Shown here piece by piece: positions 22,184 through 32,979 of a DNA stretch of 64,000 nucleotides. Source of the DNA: Candidatus Uhrbacteria bacterium GW2011_GWC2_41_11 (GTDB lineage Bacteria; Patescibacteriota; Patescibacteriia; UBA9934; GWF2-40-263); the NCBI GenBank assembly GCA_000996355.1, contig LCAH01000004.1, positions 14,501-78,500 of the forward strand, written 5' to 3'. The first letter of the stretch is position 1; the number at the start of each line of letters is the position of its first letter. Position numbers and translations under genes: made by a program. The notes under the pieces are model-generated. The model did not search any database, was not told the DNA's origin, and was given only the letters and a program-made list of their open reading frames with translations.

Positions 22184-22970
22184 AGGTAAACCCTCCAAAT
22201 GCCCGCTGGTGCGGGTGCTATCTCCGGGTGACTCGAACGAGTCTTTTCGCAAAAGAGCGCGACGGTCTCCCTCTCCGTTGACCGCGTTTCAGTTTAGAGA
22301 AACGCTTTGAAACACGAATATGTTTCAACACCTTCCCCCAAAGTCAATTCTAGTAAGCCACAAAAGGATTGTTTTTGTCAAGCAAAATGGACGGAATTTA
22401 TAAAATTTGTTTATTTATCCACATTTTTGACTTTCTTTTTTCTGACATTTTGTCACAATACTTTCTGCGGATGACAAACTGTTCTTTGGGTTGTTCTTTC
22501 TTCTTCACAGACGAATCTTCTAGAAAAACTTGATCCTGTTTTGAAAAATGGGGGATTAAGTTCTCGTTACAGGAGACGTGTGTGCATTGTGTTGGAAATC
22601 GGTGCAGTCCGATATTGCACAATGTTTTCCATAGAAGGAGGAATAAACCATGCAAGAAAACATGTTGTCATATCGTGAAGGCGGATATCTGTGCGGGTTT
22701 GGAGGATGTAAAGCGCCATGTCGACCAATTCCTATTTGGATGCCTGGGAGGATGTTTCCAAGTATGAATATGAAAAAAGAAGTACGGATAACGTTTGTTG
22801 TAGAGAATTTGATCTTTCGAACCACGCAACTGCAACGGATGTCTGCATAACGGTCCGTCGTGCGGGAATCATCCTGCACGTTTTTTCCGAAAAAAAGCGA
22901 TCTGTTTTTATACAGACCGCTTCTCATCATCGTTTCGAATGTCTCGACGATCTCTGTAGATCGTCTTTTT

Positions 22971-24230
22971 TTATCCAATTTTTTCTTTTCCAATCCACGG
23001 TCGAAGAACTTCAGGAATGAGAACAGATCCATCTGCTTGCTGATAGTTTTCAAGAATAGCAATAAGAATGCGACCGATTGCAAATGCGGTTCCATTTAAT
23101 GCATGGGCTAATTCGTTTTTTCCATCCACAGTTTTATAACGAATGCGCAAGCGACGTGTTTGATAATCCGTTGTATTCGACGTTGAATGAGTTTCGCGAT
23201 ATTGATTTTGAGAAGGAATCCAAGTTTCGATGTCATAGGTGCGAGCAGAAGGACGTCCAATATCTCCCGAACAAAGACGAAGCACACGATAGGGAAGTTG
23301 AAGACCTTTCATGAGACGTTCCTCAAGTGAAAGAAGAAGTTCATGTTCTTCATCTGAATGTTCCGGCGTGGTAAAGCTAAACATTTCCACTTTATCAAAT
23401 TGATGCATACGCAAGATACCGCGCACATCCTTTCCATGGCTTCCGGCTTCACGTCGATAACAAGGAGAAAAACCAACATAGCGTAAAGGCAAGGATTCAA
23501 GGGGAAGAATTTCATCCATGTGCATAGGCCCAATGGATTGTTCTGATGTTCCAATAAGCACAGCATCGTCGTGTTTTAAATGATAGATCTCTTCCTCACC
23601 TCCATGCTCTAAATATCCCATGCCTGCCATGGATTTGATGCTAATAATATGAGGGGGAAGGACAGGAGTGAATTTTTCTGGAATAACAACGGACAGAATG
23701 TATTGAATGAGAGCAAATTCCATGAGTACTAAATCTCCTTTGAGATACACAAATCGACTTCCAGATACTTTTCCTGCACGTTCAATGTCGATGATCCCAA
23801 GACGTTCACCAATCGCCACATGATCTTGAATCGGAAAATCAAAAACACGCGGTTCATTTACCAAACGCAAAATTTCGTTGTCATCCGAATCCTTTCCTAT
23901 TTTGACATCTTCTCGAAGAAGATTTGGATATTTTTTTAATTCACGTTCCAAATCTGTTTCCATTTGGAGAAGTGTTTCTTCTGCTGCTCTGGCTTCTTCT
24001 TTAAGGGCGCGTCCTTCAGCGATGAGCGCATCTCTTATTTCTGCAGATGCTTGTCGGACAGTTTCTGCACTTTCGTGAATGCGACGGCGCACATCATCTA
24101 CGCGTTGAACAGCTTTTGTTCGTTCTTCTGCCAGTGTTTGAACAATATGAATATCAATGTCTGCACTGCGACGTCGATTATTTTCTTCGATAACGTCCGG
24201 ATGCTGAAGAAGGTATTTAAGATCAATCAT
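22971..24230 (-). CDS. serS: Serine--tRNA ligase
   Basis: LIGTSEQ, YRREAGSHGKDVRGILRMHQFDKVE, LNGTAFA. Confidence 0.98.
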   Translation of the reverse strand: MIDLKYLLQHPDVIEENNRRRSADIDIHIVQTLAEERTKAVQRVDDVRRRIHESAETVRQASAEIRDALIAEGRALKEEARAAEETLLQMETDLERELKKYPNLLREDVKIGKDSDDNEILRLVNEPRVFDFPIQDHVAIGERLGIIDIERAGKVSGSRFVYLKGDLVLMEFALIQYILSVVIPEKFTPVLPPHIISIKSMAGMGYLEHGGEEEIYHLKHDDAVLIGTSEQSIGPMHMDEILPLESLPLRYVGFSPCYRREAGSHGKDVRGILRMHQFDKVEMFSFTTPEHSDEEHELLLSLEERLMKGLQLPYRVLRLCSGDIGRPSARTYDIETWIPSQNQYRETHSTSNTTDYQTRRLRIRYKTVDGKNELAHALNGTAFAIGRILIAILENYQQADGSVLIPEVLRPWIGKEKIG

Positions 24231-24829
24231 AAAATAGAGCCATGTGAGAAAAAGTGAATAATTCAACCTTTCTAATATGGAGGAAATTTACAAGAACGTC
24301 CAGATTTTCCAGAAGTGAAAATGTTATTCACAGAGTTTCGTTTGATTTTTTTGACATGTTTTTAGGTTATTTTTCTTCTATTTTTGTGATATTTTATTTG
24401 TTCGTGTCAAGAGAACATATCAAATTTTTTGGCTAATTTAAGCCAAAAAATGATTGACAAACTGCTTATTTTCTGATGAAATACCATCAGATGGATGAAA
24501 GAAATTTTGGCCATCATCCAGTTTAAAAGAACTGGATATCTTACACCATCCCTTCTGGTTCGTTCGTTTTTAAAAACTTGTTAAATATAGATTCTTGTTT
24601 TTGAAAACGCCGATTTGGCATTTTGGTTCAATGGATAAATAAGAAAAGAACTTGAGTGATAAGGGATGTTTATTACGCCTGTTTCGGCGGCTGACGGCTG
24701 GGGAGACGTCGGCCGCCAAAGACGGCGAATTCGTAAACCATCGGGGCCGGCGCGGAAGTACTGACGCGTCCGGTTCCGGCGGTTGACCATGGTGGTTTCC
24801 GCCTTTTTGCCTGTGCAGCGAGGTGTGAA

Positions 24830-26938
24830 ATGAAACGTTCTTTTGTTGCTTTTTGTTTCTTCATGATTCTGGAATGTTTGACTGTTTGTCATCCCATGTT
24901 CCAGACACAGGAAGAAGAAAATCTCTCCCATTCATTAAACATTTCTTCTGATCAGGGCGGCGGTGACGAATCTGTTTTGCATCTGCCTTTTGCAAAAGAC
25001 GATACGATTTTGTGTACGCAAGGAGCCTATGGTTCGTACAGCCATAATTATACGTCGACCAAGAAAGATTTAGACTTTGACACAAGCAATAGTGTTGATG
25101 AAGAAATCTACGCACCTGCAACCGGAATGGCTTATGTGCACACAGAAAGTGCAACGAGTGGTTTTGGGTACCATGTGAATATCGACTTGGGAGATGGAAC
25201 ATATGTTGTTCTCGGACACTTTAAGGAAATTTTTATTGGGAATGAATCAGAAGTTGCGGCAGGTGAACTTCTCGGATATGAGGGATGTACAGGAAGCTGT
25301 TCCGGTGACCATGTTCATATTGGTCTTCATGCCGGAGACGCGACACTTAAGGCTGAATACGGGGAATCCATTGATGTCTCGTATTATTCACAGGACACGA
25401 CGAATAAAGGAGAGTTTGAGAATATTGCAAGTATAGATTTTATTTGTGGAGTCGGAGATGAGAATGGAACAGAAGGACATTGGTATCGTTCAGCTCTTCC
25501 GGTTACTCTTTGGCATCCGAATGGAACGCTTGTCAAAACGCCAAATAGCACAGCCGTGTATCTTTTGGAAAATGGAGAAGCCAAATGGTTTGTGACCCAG
25601 GATATTTTCTGGAGTTACGAATATTCATTTAGTAACACGGTCTTAATTTCAGACGAAGAATTGAGTTGTTATGCGAGGGGAACTGACATAAACAAAGAAA
25701 CGTTTATGGATGCTGTTTCAGATCCAGATGGAAAGCTATGGTTTATTGTGGGATCTGCGACTGCTTCTGATCGATACCGTATACGAGTGAAAACCACGGC
25801 ATGGGATGCGGTTTTGGCATCCTGGGGACTTATGTATACATCCTCAGATCCTCCTCAGGTTGTTCAGAACCCGAATCCTTATTTGACGGATTGGCCTGTT
25901 GAAGACGGATATCTCCATTTTCGTGATGGTTCGATTCTCAAGGAAGAATCTCATTCGGATGTGTATGTGATATCCGATCAAGTTGCTCTTCCTGTACGAG
26001 ATTGGGAAACATATCTACTTCTTGGGTTGTATGATCTGGAAGTACTCGTTGTTCCAGACGGATCTGTTTTAAATGTACAAGAGCAGGTAGGGAGTTGTTC
26101 TTCAGGTATGTGGTGTCTGGATCGTGAGGCAGTAACGACCTGTGGTGGTGGATTAGAACTGGGAACCGGAGAAGAAGGCGGATCTGGAGACGGGGAAGTG
26201 ATAAAAGAAGAAACTCCGAGTCCATTCCCGTGCACAGATACGGATGTGGATGGATTTTGCAATACAGGAACAGACGGAGAAGATTGTTGGGATAAAAATG
26301 CATCTGTGTATCCTGGAGCGGAAGAGATATGCGGAAATGGAATTGATGAGGATTGTAGTGGAACAGATGCACTTTGTAATTCTCTCGAAATAGACACAGA
26401 CGGAGACGGAGTTTCGGACGCAAAAGACAATTGTCCATTTCACGACAATCCTGAACAGGACGACACAGATGCAGATGGGCTTGGAGATGCCTGTGACGCA
26501 GAAATATTCACCCCTGTTCCGACTTTCGTGTCGGAAGATGAAACAGAAAATGAACATGAAGAACCAAATACTGATTCCTCTGTCCTTCATGTTTCTTGGA
26601 CAGCGCCGTTTAGTGAAATCATGAATCTGATTACCATTTCAGGTGAATATCGTTTTGCAAACGGTTCGTATGGTTTTACATGGCGAGAACTTCTTTCGAC
26701 ACTGAGCGAACCATTAATCGATTATGAGATAACAGGCGTTTCTTTGGGAGACCAATTTCGTTTTTCCATTGAATTCGTAAACGAATATGCGCAAACAAGC
26801 TGGTCTTGTATTGGTCCATATCCTCCAGGATCACTTCAAGGAACGCCGGAAGCGGACGTGGACAATCTTCCACTTATGGTCGAAATGACAGATGATCCAA
26901 TATCAGACGGATGTGGATTGATCGTCGAAATTCTTTAA
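24830..26938 (+). CDS. Secreted M23 peptidase with surface repeats and MopE/TSP3 Ca-binding repeats
   Basis: H..DLD, GH, HVH motifs; HPNGTLVK..VYLL; PGAEEICGNGIDEDC; DTDGDGV.D..DNCP. Confidence 0.88.
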   Translation: MKRSFVAFCFFMILECLTVCHPMFQTQEEENLSHSLNISSDQGGGDESVLHLPFAKDDTILCTQGAYGSYSHNYTSTKKDLDFDTSNSVDEEIYAPATGMAYVHTESATSGFGYHVNIDLGDGTYVVLGHFKEIFIGNESEVAAGELLGYEGCTGSCSGDHVHIGLHAGDATLKAEYGESIDVSYYSQDTTNKGEFENIASIDFICGVGDENGTEGHWYRSALPVTLWHPNGTLVKTPNSTAVYLLENGEAKWFVTQDIFWSYEYSFSNTVLISDEELSCYARGTDINKETFMDAVSDPDGKLWFIVGSATASDRYRIRVKTTAWDAVLASWGLMYTSSDPPQVVQNPNPYLTDWPVEDGYLHFRDGSILKEESHSDVYVISDQVALPVRDWETYLLLGLYDLEVLVVPDGSVLNVQEQVGSCSSGMWCLDREAVTTCGGGLELGTGEEGGSGDGEVIKEETPSPFPCTDTDVDGFCNTGTDGEDCWDKNASVYPGAEEICGNGIDEDCSGTDALCNSLEIDTDGDGVSDAKDNCPFHDNPEQDDTDADGLGDACDAEIFTPVPTFVSEDETENEHEEPNTDSSVLHVSWTAPFSEIMNLITISGEYRFANGSYGFTWRELLSTLSEPLIDYEITGVSLGDQFRFSIEFVNEYAQTSWSCIGPYPPGSLQGTPEADVDNLPLMVEMTDDPISDGCGLIVEIL

Positions 26939-27030
26939 ATGCAACCTCTCGTTTTTTTTCGAGAGGTTTTATCTTTTTTATTTCTCCAACGCGACGTCGC
27001 TCTGAATTGTGTGCATGTGCTATACTATTT

Positions 27031-29964
27031 ATGTCTATGAAGCGATGTCTTTTGCAGTGGGTGATCAAAGTGGATCGCCTATTTCACCGGCCAGTGAAGC
27101 CGTGGATCATTTTTGTTTTTCTTCTCATTTTTTTGGGTGGAAGTTTTTTGTTAACCCAAACAGTTTTCGCACAAACACCAGCTTCTAATACCGCAACAGC
27201 CAGCACAGGAAACACGGCAACCAAAACTGAACCAAGCATCAGTTATCCTGCTTTGATTGCATTGTATTTATCCTCGATTATTCTTTGGCTTGTCCAGGGT
27301 GTGGGTCAGCTTATTGTCCTTTTGATTGGCATTGCCGTTGTTCCACTCATGCAATACAACAATTTTGCTACTGCTCCAGTTATTGGGATGGGATGGGCAG
27401 TGATTCGGGATACGGTAAACATGTTTTTTGTCATTGTTCTGATTGTGATTGCATTTGGAACGATTCTTGGTCACCAACGATTCAAATGGCAACAACAAGT
27501 TCCGCGACTTCTTATCACAGCAATTGTTATCAATTTTAGCCGGACATTGTGTGGTCTCATGATTGATTTTAGTCAGGTCATCATGCTTACATTTGTGAAT
27601 GCACTGAAAGATATTGCCGGAGGAAATTTTGTGGAAATGTTCGGTCTGCGCCACATGTTAAATCTCAATCCAACCGCTATTATTTTTAAAGATGCAGCAG
27701 CAAGTTCTGCAGCAGCAGGCGTTCAGCCGGGAGATACATTTATTGCAGCCATTATTGCTCTTGTGATGATGCTCTGTGTACTCGTGGCTATTATTTTTCT
27801 TGCGATCATTCTTGCCTATCGGATCGTCATGCTTTGGATTTTGGTCACTATTGCTCCTCTTGCATGGTTTTTTAAAGGTGCCGAAGGGGTTATTACAACA
27901 AAGAGTAATCCATATGCGAAATGGTGGGCTCGTTTTTCATGTGTGTTACAAGTAGGACCTGTTCTTACATTTTTTCTCTGGCTTTCCCTTGCGGTTGCAG
28001 GAAGCGGCAATATTGGAGCTGAACAATTTCCGTCCTCAACCGCACCAAGTGGAGAATCAGGATTGGATGTGGGAAGTATTCTTGGCATTATGGATTCTGC
28101 ACGCATGACAAGTTTTATCATAGGTCTCGCACTTCTTTTTGCTGGATTTGATGCAGCGAAGGAAACATGTGAAGGAACTAGTGGATTTATCTCAGATCGA
28201 TTTAAACAAATGGGAGGTCTTACTCGCAAGATTGCTCAGTTTCCCGTTGGAGCAGCTGGGACTGCAGCGGCATGGACAGGTCGTCAAGCCATGCGTCCGG
28301 CACGATATGGCGCACGGAGTGTTTATGCAAATACGGTCGGTCGCGGACTTTCTGCTTTCCGAAACATGACAGCGAATCAAGCACAAAAATATGCGGGAAA
28401 GTTTTCTGGGAGTTCTGCGACTCGTCGTGCATTAGAAGGATATGCGTCTCAGCAAAAAGCGCGTCAGGCAGCAGAAACTGATTTTGCAGTTAAAGACAAG
28501 AAACCGATGAGTACAGAGTATATGTCTGCATATTTGCAAGGCGGTATTCCTCGAACGGAAGGTGCGCGCAAGGAATTTTTTGCTCGTTTGAAACAAGGAT
28601 TACAAGATGGAGATGTGCGCAAAGCTCTTGGAAATAAAGGATTGCAAAAAGTATTGAAGGAAACGATTGATCCGCGAACAGGAAAAACAGCATTGGAAAG
28701 TCTCGAAGATACCTATAAGGGCGATCCAGCATTCCAGAAACAAATGAAAGACTTGAAGGGTCGCATGCCTTCGGTTTTTGGAGTAGATGCCTTAAAAGAA
28801 ATTCGTGAAGCAAAAGATGTTCAAGATGTTGATAAATCTGAATTTGAAAGTAAAGATTTCCGCAATCATGTTTCAAAAATGGAGTATTCTTTTATGGATA
28901 AAGATGGAACACGTAAAACGCTTGAGGGTGGCATGACTGCGGCAATTCTTCAAGGGTATCTTGGGGGTAAAATAAAAGAACAATGGATTGATGGTGGAAA
29001 GAAAGTTGGAGAAGAATTGACTCCTGAGGTGTTGGCTTCCATGCCAGCAAATTTGATTGATGTGACGCAAATTAAACCGGAAATGATTACACCTACGGCA
29101 GCTGCAAATCTTTTGACAAATGGAAACGAGGCACAGGTGAAAGCCTTGGCAAACCGTGCGGATCTCAAGGAACGAATGAAGGGTGAGAATCTTAAGAAAA
29201 TTTTGCAGGAAGGATTGACAAGAGCCGGAAAAGACAAGGACAAGCGTGGAGCTTTGCGTGGAAATTTAGCCAGGCTTGGATTTGATCTAAATGAAGTGTT
29301 TGATTTCAAGGACGACCATTTTGTGGATCAATATGCACAGGATGATTTTTCTTCAGCTGTGGGAGAGGACAAGGATTTGATTTTGCGCGCAACAGAAGAT
29401 CCAACAAGTGAACTGGCAAAATTTACAGCTAGTGCGATGTCAACACATAGTGTCAGTCGTTTGCTGCGTGATTTCGAAGATATGTCAGATGATGATGTTC
29501 CAAAAAAGAAAGCGTTCAAAAAACAATTGGATGCTGTTTTTCAAGCCGTTGAATCACAAAAGGGTGTGATGGACAATCAAGCAAGAGAGGGTGAGCTTAC
29601 CAAAGCTCAAAAAGAAGAACATGGACGATTGAAAGAATTGTTAAAACAAAAACGATTGTTTGAACGAAAGGCAAAAACGTTTGCTGATCGTACACGCCCA
29701 CCATCTCCTCCTGCACCGTCTCCTTCTACTCCACCAACATTGAATCCAGAGCAACGACGTCAGAAAATAGAAACATTAATCAATCAGATCACCACACAAA
29801 AGAAAGTGGTGGATGATTCAGAACGGGCATACATGGCTATGCCTCGAGAAGAACGAGGGAAAGCAACAGGTCAGGAGGCTGAACGAAAATTAGAAGAGGC
29901 AAAACAATTTTTGAGAAGGATTGAAAGGGAATTACAAGATCTTTCCGGTCCTCCTGTAGTTTAA
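27031..29964 (+). CDS. Polytopic VirB6/TrbL-like membrane protein with long soluble C-tail
   Basis: GW..IRD.VNMFF, INFS..LCG.MID, R.V.LW.L...APLA; upstream of PrgI/VirB4; start codon uncertain. Confidence 0.75.
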   Translation: MSMKRCLLQWVIKVDRLFHRPVKPWIIFVFLLIFLGGSFLLTQTVFAQTPASNTATASTGNTATKTEPSISYPALIALYLSSIILWLVQGVGQLIVLLIGIAVVPLMQYNNFATAPVIGMGWAVIRDTVNMFFVIVLIVIAFGTILGHQRFKWQQQVPRLLITAIVINFSRTLCGLMIDFSQVIMLTFVNALKDIAGGNFVEMFGLRHMLNLNPTAIIFKDAAASSAAAGVQPGDTFIAAIIALVMMLCVLVAIIFLAIILAYRIVMLWILVTIAPLAWFFKGAEGVITTKSNPYAKWWARFSCVLQVGPVLTFFLWLSLAVAGSGNIGAEQFPSSTAPSGESGLDVGSILGIMDSARMTSFIIGLALLFAGFDAAKETCEGTSGFISDRFKQMGGLTRKIAQFPVGAAGTAAAWTGRQAMRPARYGARSVYANTVGRGLSAFRNMTANQAQKYAGKFSGSSATRRALEGYASQQKARQAAETDFAVKDKKPMSTEYMSAYLQGGIPRTEGARKEFFARLKQGLQDGDVRKALGNKGLQKVLKETIDPRTGKTALESLEDTYKGDPAFQKQMKDLKGRMPSVFGVDALKEIREAKDVQDVDKSEFESKDFRNHVSKMEYSFMDKDGTRKTLEGGMTAAILQGYLGGKIKEQWIDGGKKVGEELTPEVLASMPANLIDVTQIKPEMITPTAAANLLTNGNEAQVKALANRADLKERMKGENLKKILQEGLTRAGKDKDKRGALRGNLARLGFDLNEVFDFKDDHFVDQYAQDDFSSAVGEDKDLILRATEDPTSELAKFTASAMSTHSVSRLLRDFEDMSDDDVPKKKAFKKQLDAVFQAVESQKGVMDNQAREGELTKAQKEEHGRLKELLKQKRLFERKAKTFADRTRPPSPPAPSPSTPPTLNPEQRRQKIETLINQITTQKKVVDDSERAYMAMPREERGKATGQEAERKLEEAKQFLRRIERELQDLSGPPVV

Positions 29965-29994
29965 ATGAATGTCTTTTGAAAAAGGTCTTAGGAT

Positions 29995-31752
29995 ATGCAA
30001 GAAGAGAAATCCCGTTCCATGTCTGAACTTCCGGATGAAGTTCGAGATTTTCTTCTCGAACCTGCTCTTTTAGACTGTATTGATGAGATTCGTGAAAAAC
30101 ATGCACTCGCAGAAAATACAGAGGATGTGTTGATTGATTTTGCTGAACAAATAACACTTGGTTCTTTTTCTTTGGAATTGTTGCCACAGAAAATTTCCGC
30201 GGAATTACACATGGAAGAATCAAAAGCAAAACAAATTGCCATTGATCTTGCCGGACATCGTCTTCTTCCTATCGCTCCTTTAATAGGTGATGTTGCTCAG
30301 CAAATAGTTGTATGGGGTGGAAATCTTGAGGATTTTGCGCATATTCCAAAGGTAGAGATTCATATTTTTAGCCCAGAATATGTTGTTCGAGAGACGTTAG
30401 GTGAAGCACATCTCAATACATTAGATCCAAAATTACAGGATCGATTGGAATTTATTTTTACCTCTTATCTAAAAGGCAAGCGTAATGAGACAGAAATAAA
30501 AGAAGTTTTGATGCGTTCATCAAAAGTGGGAGGTATGGATCTTGATAGTGAAACAGCAGATCGTCTTCTTATTTTATTTCGAGATAAACAGAAATTTGCT
30601 AAGATCAATTTTCATTCCCAAGAAGAATCTTCAACATTTACACCAACTGTTTTGGTAAAGAAAACGGAAAAGCCTATCCAATTAGAAAAAAAAGAATCTT
30701 CTGTTCCTGAACCAAAAGCAAAAATGGAAGTACTTTTTGCAAAAGAAGATGAACAGGAAATTACTCGACTGACTTCTTTTGTCCAGGAAAATCTTCCTCC
30801 TGTTTCCCAACTGGATGTTTCTTTGAAAGATGCTGTTATTCAAGTGATTCGTGAAGCAAATTTGGATCTAAAAGATGAAGAAATAAAAAAACGATTTGTC
30901 TCTCTTGTGGAAGCTCGTTTGCGGGATGTACGGGATCCGTATGAGACACGTTCTCAGTTAGAATATCCTTCGGAAAAAGGCGGGCTTGGTTTGTCTGGTC
31001 TCACACTGGTTCGAACTCTTGAGTGTATTGAACGTATTTTTGGGGAACGTCAGAATCTTCTTAAAGACCAAGTAAACAAACAGAAAGCCGTCATGGTAGA
31101 ACAAAAGAAACAAGAGGAAGCAGAACGAGAATCATTAGCACGAAAAGAAGCTTCGACACTCACAAAACGATATATAGAGATGACAGGAAAAATACCAACG
31201 GAATCAATTCAACCTGCCTCTGTATCAGGAACAAGAGTGACAACAGCCATGTCTTTACAAGAAGCAGCTATAAGAAGGGAAGAGAAAATTGACAAGCAAA
31301 AAGTAAAAGAGGCATTCACATCAGCAAAGCCAGTTGCACCAGTTATTGTGCCACGTCTTTCTCAAGGGAGTATTTCTTCTGTATCTACTCCGCGGCCTCA
31401 GGTGGAAGATATTAAATTTGTTCGGAAATTATCAGGACCACTTGAGGAACTTGAACAGATGACATTAACCGAATTTCGTCGGCTGTCCCGCGATCCAAAA
31501 GAAGCAGTCTTGAAATTAAAAGACAAAATTGACTTATTGGAAGAACAAGGATACGAAAAAAAGATTCATGGGATCAAGGCGTGGCGTGAATCTCCTCTGA
31601 ATCGGTTGTATCTTGAACTGTTTCAAGAAGCACTTCGTCGAGGTCGCCCACTTCAGGAGATTGCAGATGAACGCCGTACAGCGAATCAGAATATGTTAAC
31701 AGCCGGAGAGATCGATGTCTTGGTGGATTTGAATGCCTATGTACGATTTTGA
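29995..31752 (+). CDS. Hypothetical protein of the T4SS-like cluster
   Basis: 585 aa; two K.GG.L motifs; GPLEEL..MTL.EFRRL; WRESPL. Confidence 0.8.
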   Translation: MQEEKSRSMSELPDEVRDFLLEPALLDCIDEIREKHALAENTEDVLIDFAEQITLGSFSLELLPQKISAELHMEESKAKQIAIDLAGHRLLPIAPLIGDVAQQIVVWGGNLEDFAHIPKVEIHIFSPEYVVRETLGEAHLNTLDPKLQDRLEFIFTSYLKGKRNETEIKEVLMRSSKVGGMDLDSETADRLLILFRDKQKFAKINFHSQEESSTFTPTVLVKKTEKPIQLEKKESSVPEPKAKMEVLFAKEDEQEITRLTSFVQENLPPVSQLDVSLKDAVIQVIREANLDLKDEEIKKRFVSLVEARLRDVRDPYETRSQLEYPSEKGGLGLSGLTLVRTLECIERIFGERQNLLKDQVNKQKAVMVEQKKQEEAERESLARKEASTLTKRYIEMTGKIPTESIQPASVSGTRVTTAMSLQEAAIRREEKIDKQKVKEAFTSAKPVAPVIVPRLSQGSISSVSTPRPQVEDIKFVRKLSGPLEELEQMTLTEFRRLSRDPKEAVLKLKDKIDLLEEQGYEKKIHGIKAWRESPLNRLYLELFQEALRRGRPLQEIADERRTANQNMLTAGEIDVLVDLNAYVRF

Positions 31753-31844
31753 CAGCAGAATTTTTCTAGAATGAAGATTTAGATGAAAAAAATTCTGCAT
31801 GAGACTGACGTGTGTAGATATGATAGAATATTTAGAACCAAAGT

Positions 31845-32282
31845 ATGCCGGATCAATATGTTGTCCCGCAATTTATCGAGGTGGAAGATAAGATTCTCGG
31901 TCCTCTTTCCGTGCGTCAGTTTTTGATTTTACTTGTTGGATTCATGATGGATGTTATTTTATATAAACTGTTGAGTTTCGTGGTTTTCCTTTTAGTGGCT
32001 ATTCCTATCATTGTATTTGTCGGTGTCCTTGCTCTTACGAAGGTGAACGGCATGCCGTTTCATTTTTTTCTTCTGAATATCATTCAGTCATTTCGCAAAC
32101 CTAAGTTACGCATTTGGGATAAACAACTTACCGATGAGGAATTACGTCTTCATCTTGGAGAAGCAGCCCCTGTTGTTCTTTCTCCTTTTATTCGCAAAGC
32201 ACCTATGACGACTTCGCGACTTCAGGAATTAACGCTTGTCGTGAACACAGGAGGAGTGTATCGACCTGAAGACGAAGATTAG
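31845..32282 (+). CDS. PrgI family (VirB3-like) protein
   Basis: VPQFIEVEDKILGPLSVRQF plus 2 TM. Confidence 0.88.
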   Translation: MPDQYVVPQFIEVEDKILGPLSVRQFLILLVGFMMDVILYKLLSFVVFLLVAIPIIVFVGVLALTKVNGMPFHFFLLNIIQSFRKPKLRIWDKQLTDEELRLHLGEAAPVVLSPFIRKAPMTTSRLQELTLVVNTGGVYRPEDED

Positions 32283-32292
32283 TATCGAAGAT

Positions 32293-32973
32293 ATGGAAAG
32301 CAAGACATTAGCAAAACCAAAACCAGGTCCCGCAACCCAGCGATATCTTGATATTGCAGAAATTCGCGATGATGTTGTGATTTTAAAAGATGGAACATTA
32401 CGTGCTGTTTTGTTAGCTGCGAGCATAAATTTTGCCTTGAAATCTGTTGATGAACAAGAAGCGATTGTTCAGGCATATACGGCTTTTTTGAATGGATTGG
32501 AATATCCGATCCAAATTGTCATTCAGTCGCGGAAAATGAATATTGACCCGTATCTCGAGGAACTTGGAGAACAGGAAAAGAAGACAGAAAATGAATTGTT
32601 ACGCGTACAAATTGCTGATTACCGGACATTTGTCCAAGAACTTGTTCAGCTTGGAGAAATCATGCAGAAAAAGTTTTATGTGATCGTTCCATTTGATCCA
32701 GGCACAGATAAGCGAAAAAATTTTTGGACGCGATTTTCCGGAGCGGTTTCTCCTGCGCTGGGAATTCGATTGAAGGAAACACAATTTCGAGAGCGGCGGG
32801 AAGAGCTTTTGAAACGAGTAGAAAATATTCGTTCTCAATTAAATAGTATGAGTGTGACCGGGGTGTTGCTTGATACACAAAGTCTGATTGAACTGTATTA
32901 TACTTGTTACAATCCTGATGTCTTCGAAACAGAAAAATTATCAGATCTGTCTAAAGTCCGTTACGAAACGTAA
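32293..32973 (+). CDS. TraC/VirB4-associated protein
   Basis: INFALKS..EQEAI...Y..FLN.L..PIQI.IQSR. Confidence 0.8.
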   Translation: MESKTLAKPKPGPATQRYLDIAEIRDDVVILKDGTLRAVLLAASINFALKSVDEQEAIVQAYTAFLNGLEYPIQIVIQSRKMNIDPYLEELGEQEKKTENELLRVQIADYRTFVQELVQLGEIMQKKFYVIVPFDPGTDKRKNFWTRFSGAVSPALGIRLKETQFRERREELLKRVENIRSQLNSMSVTGVLLDTQSLIELYYTCYNPDVFETEKLSDLSKVRYET

Positions 32974-32979
32974 TATATT

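Noticed and set aside
22582-23099. Short plus-strand ORFs (22650 and 22718, both with SD-like sequences)
   Set aside because: Competing frames, no recognisable motifs and overlap with the serS end; cannot choose a real gene.
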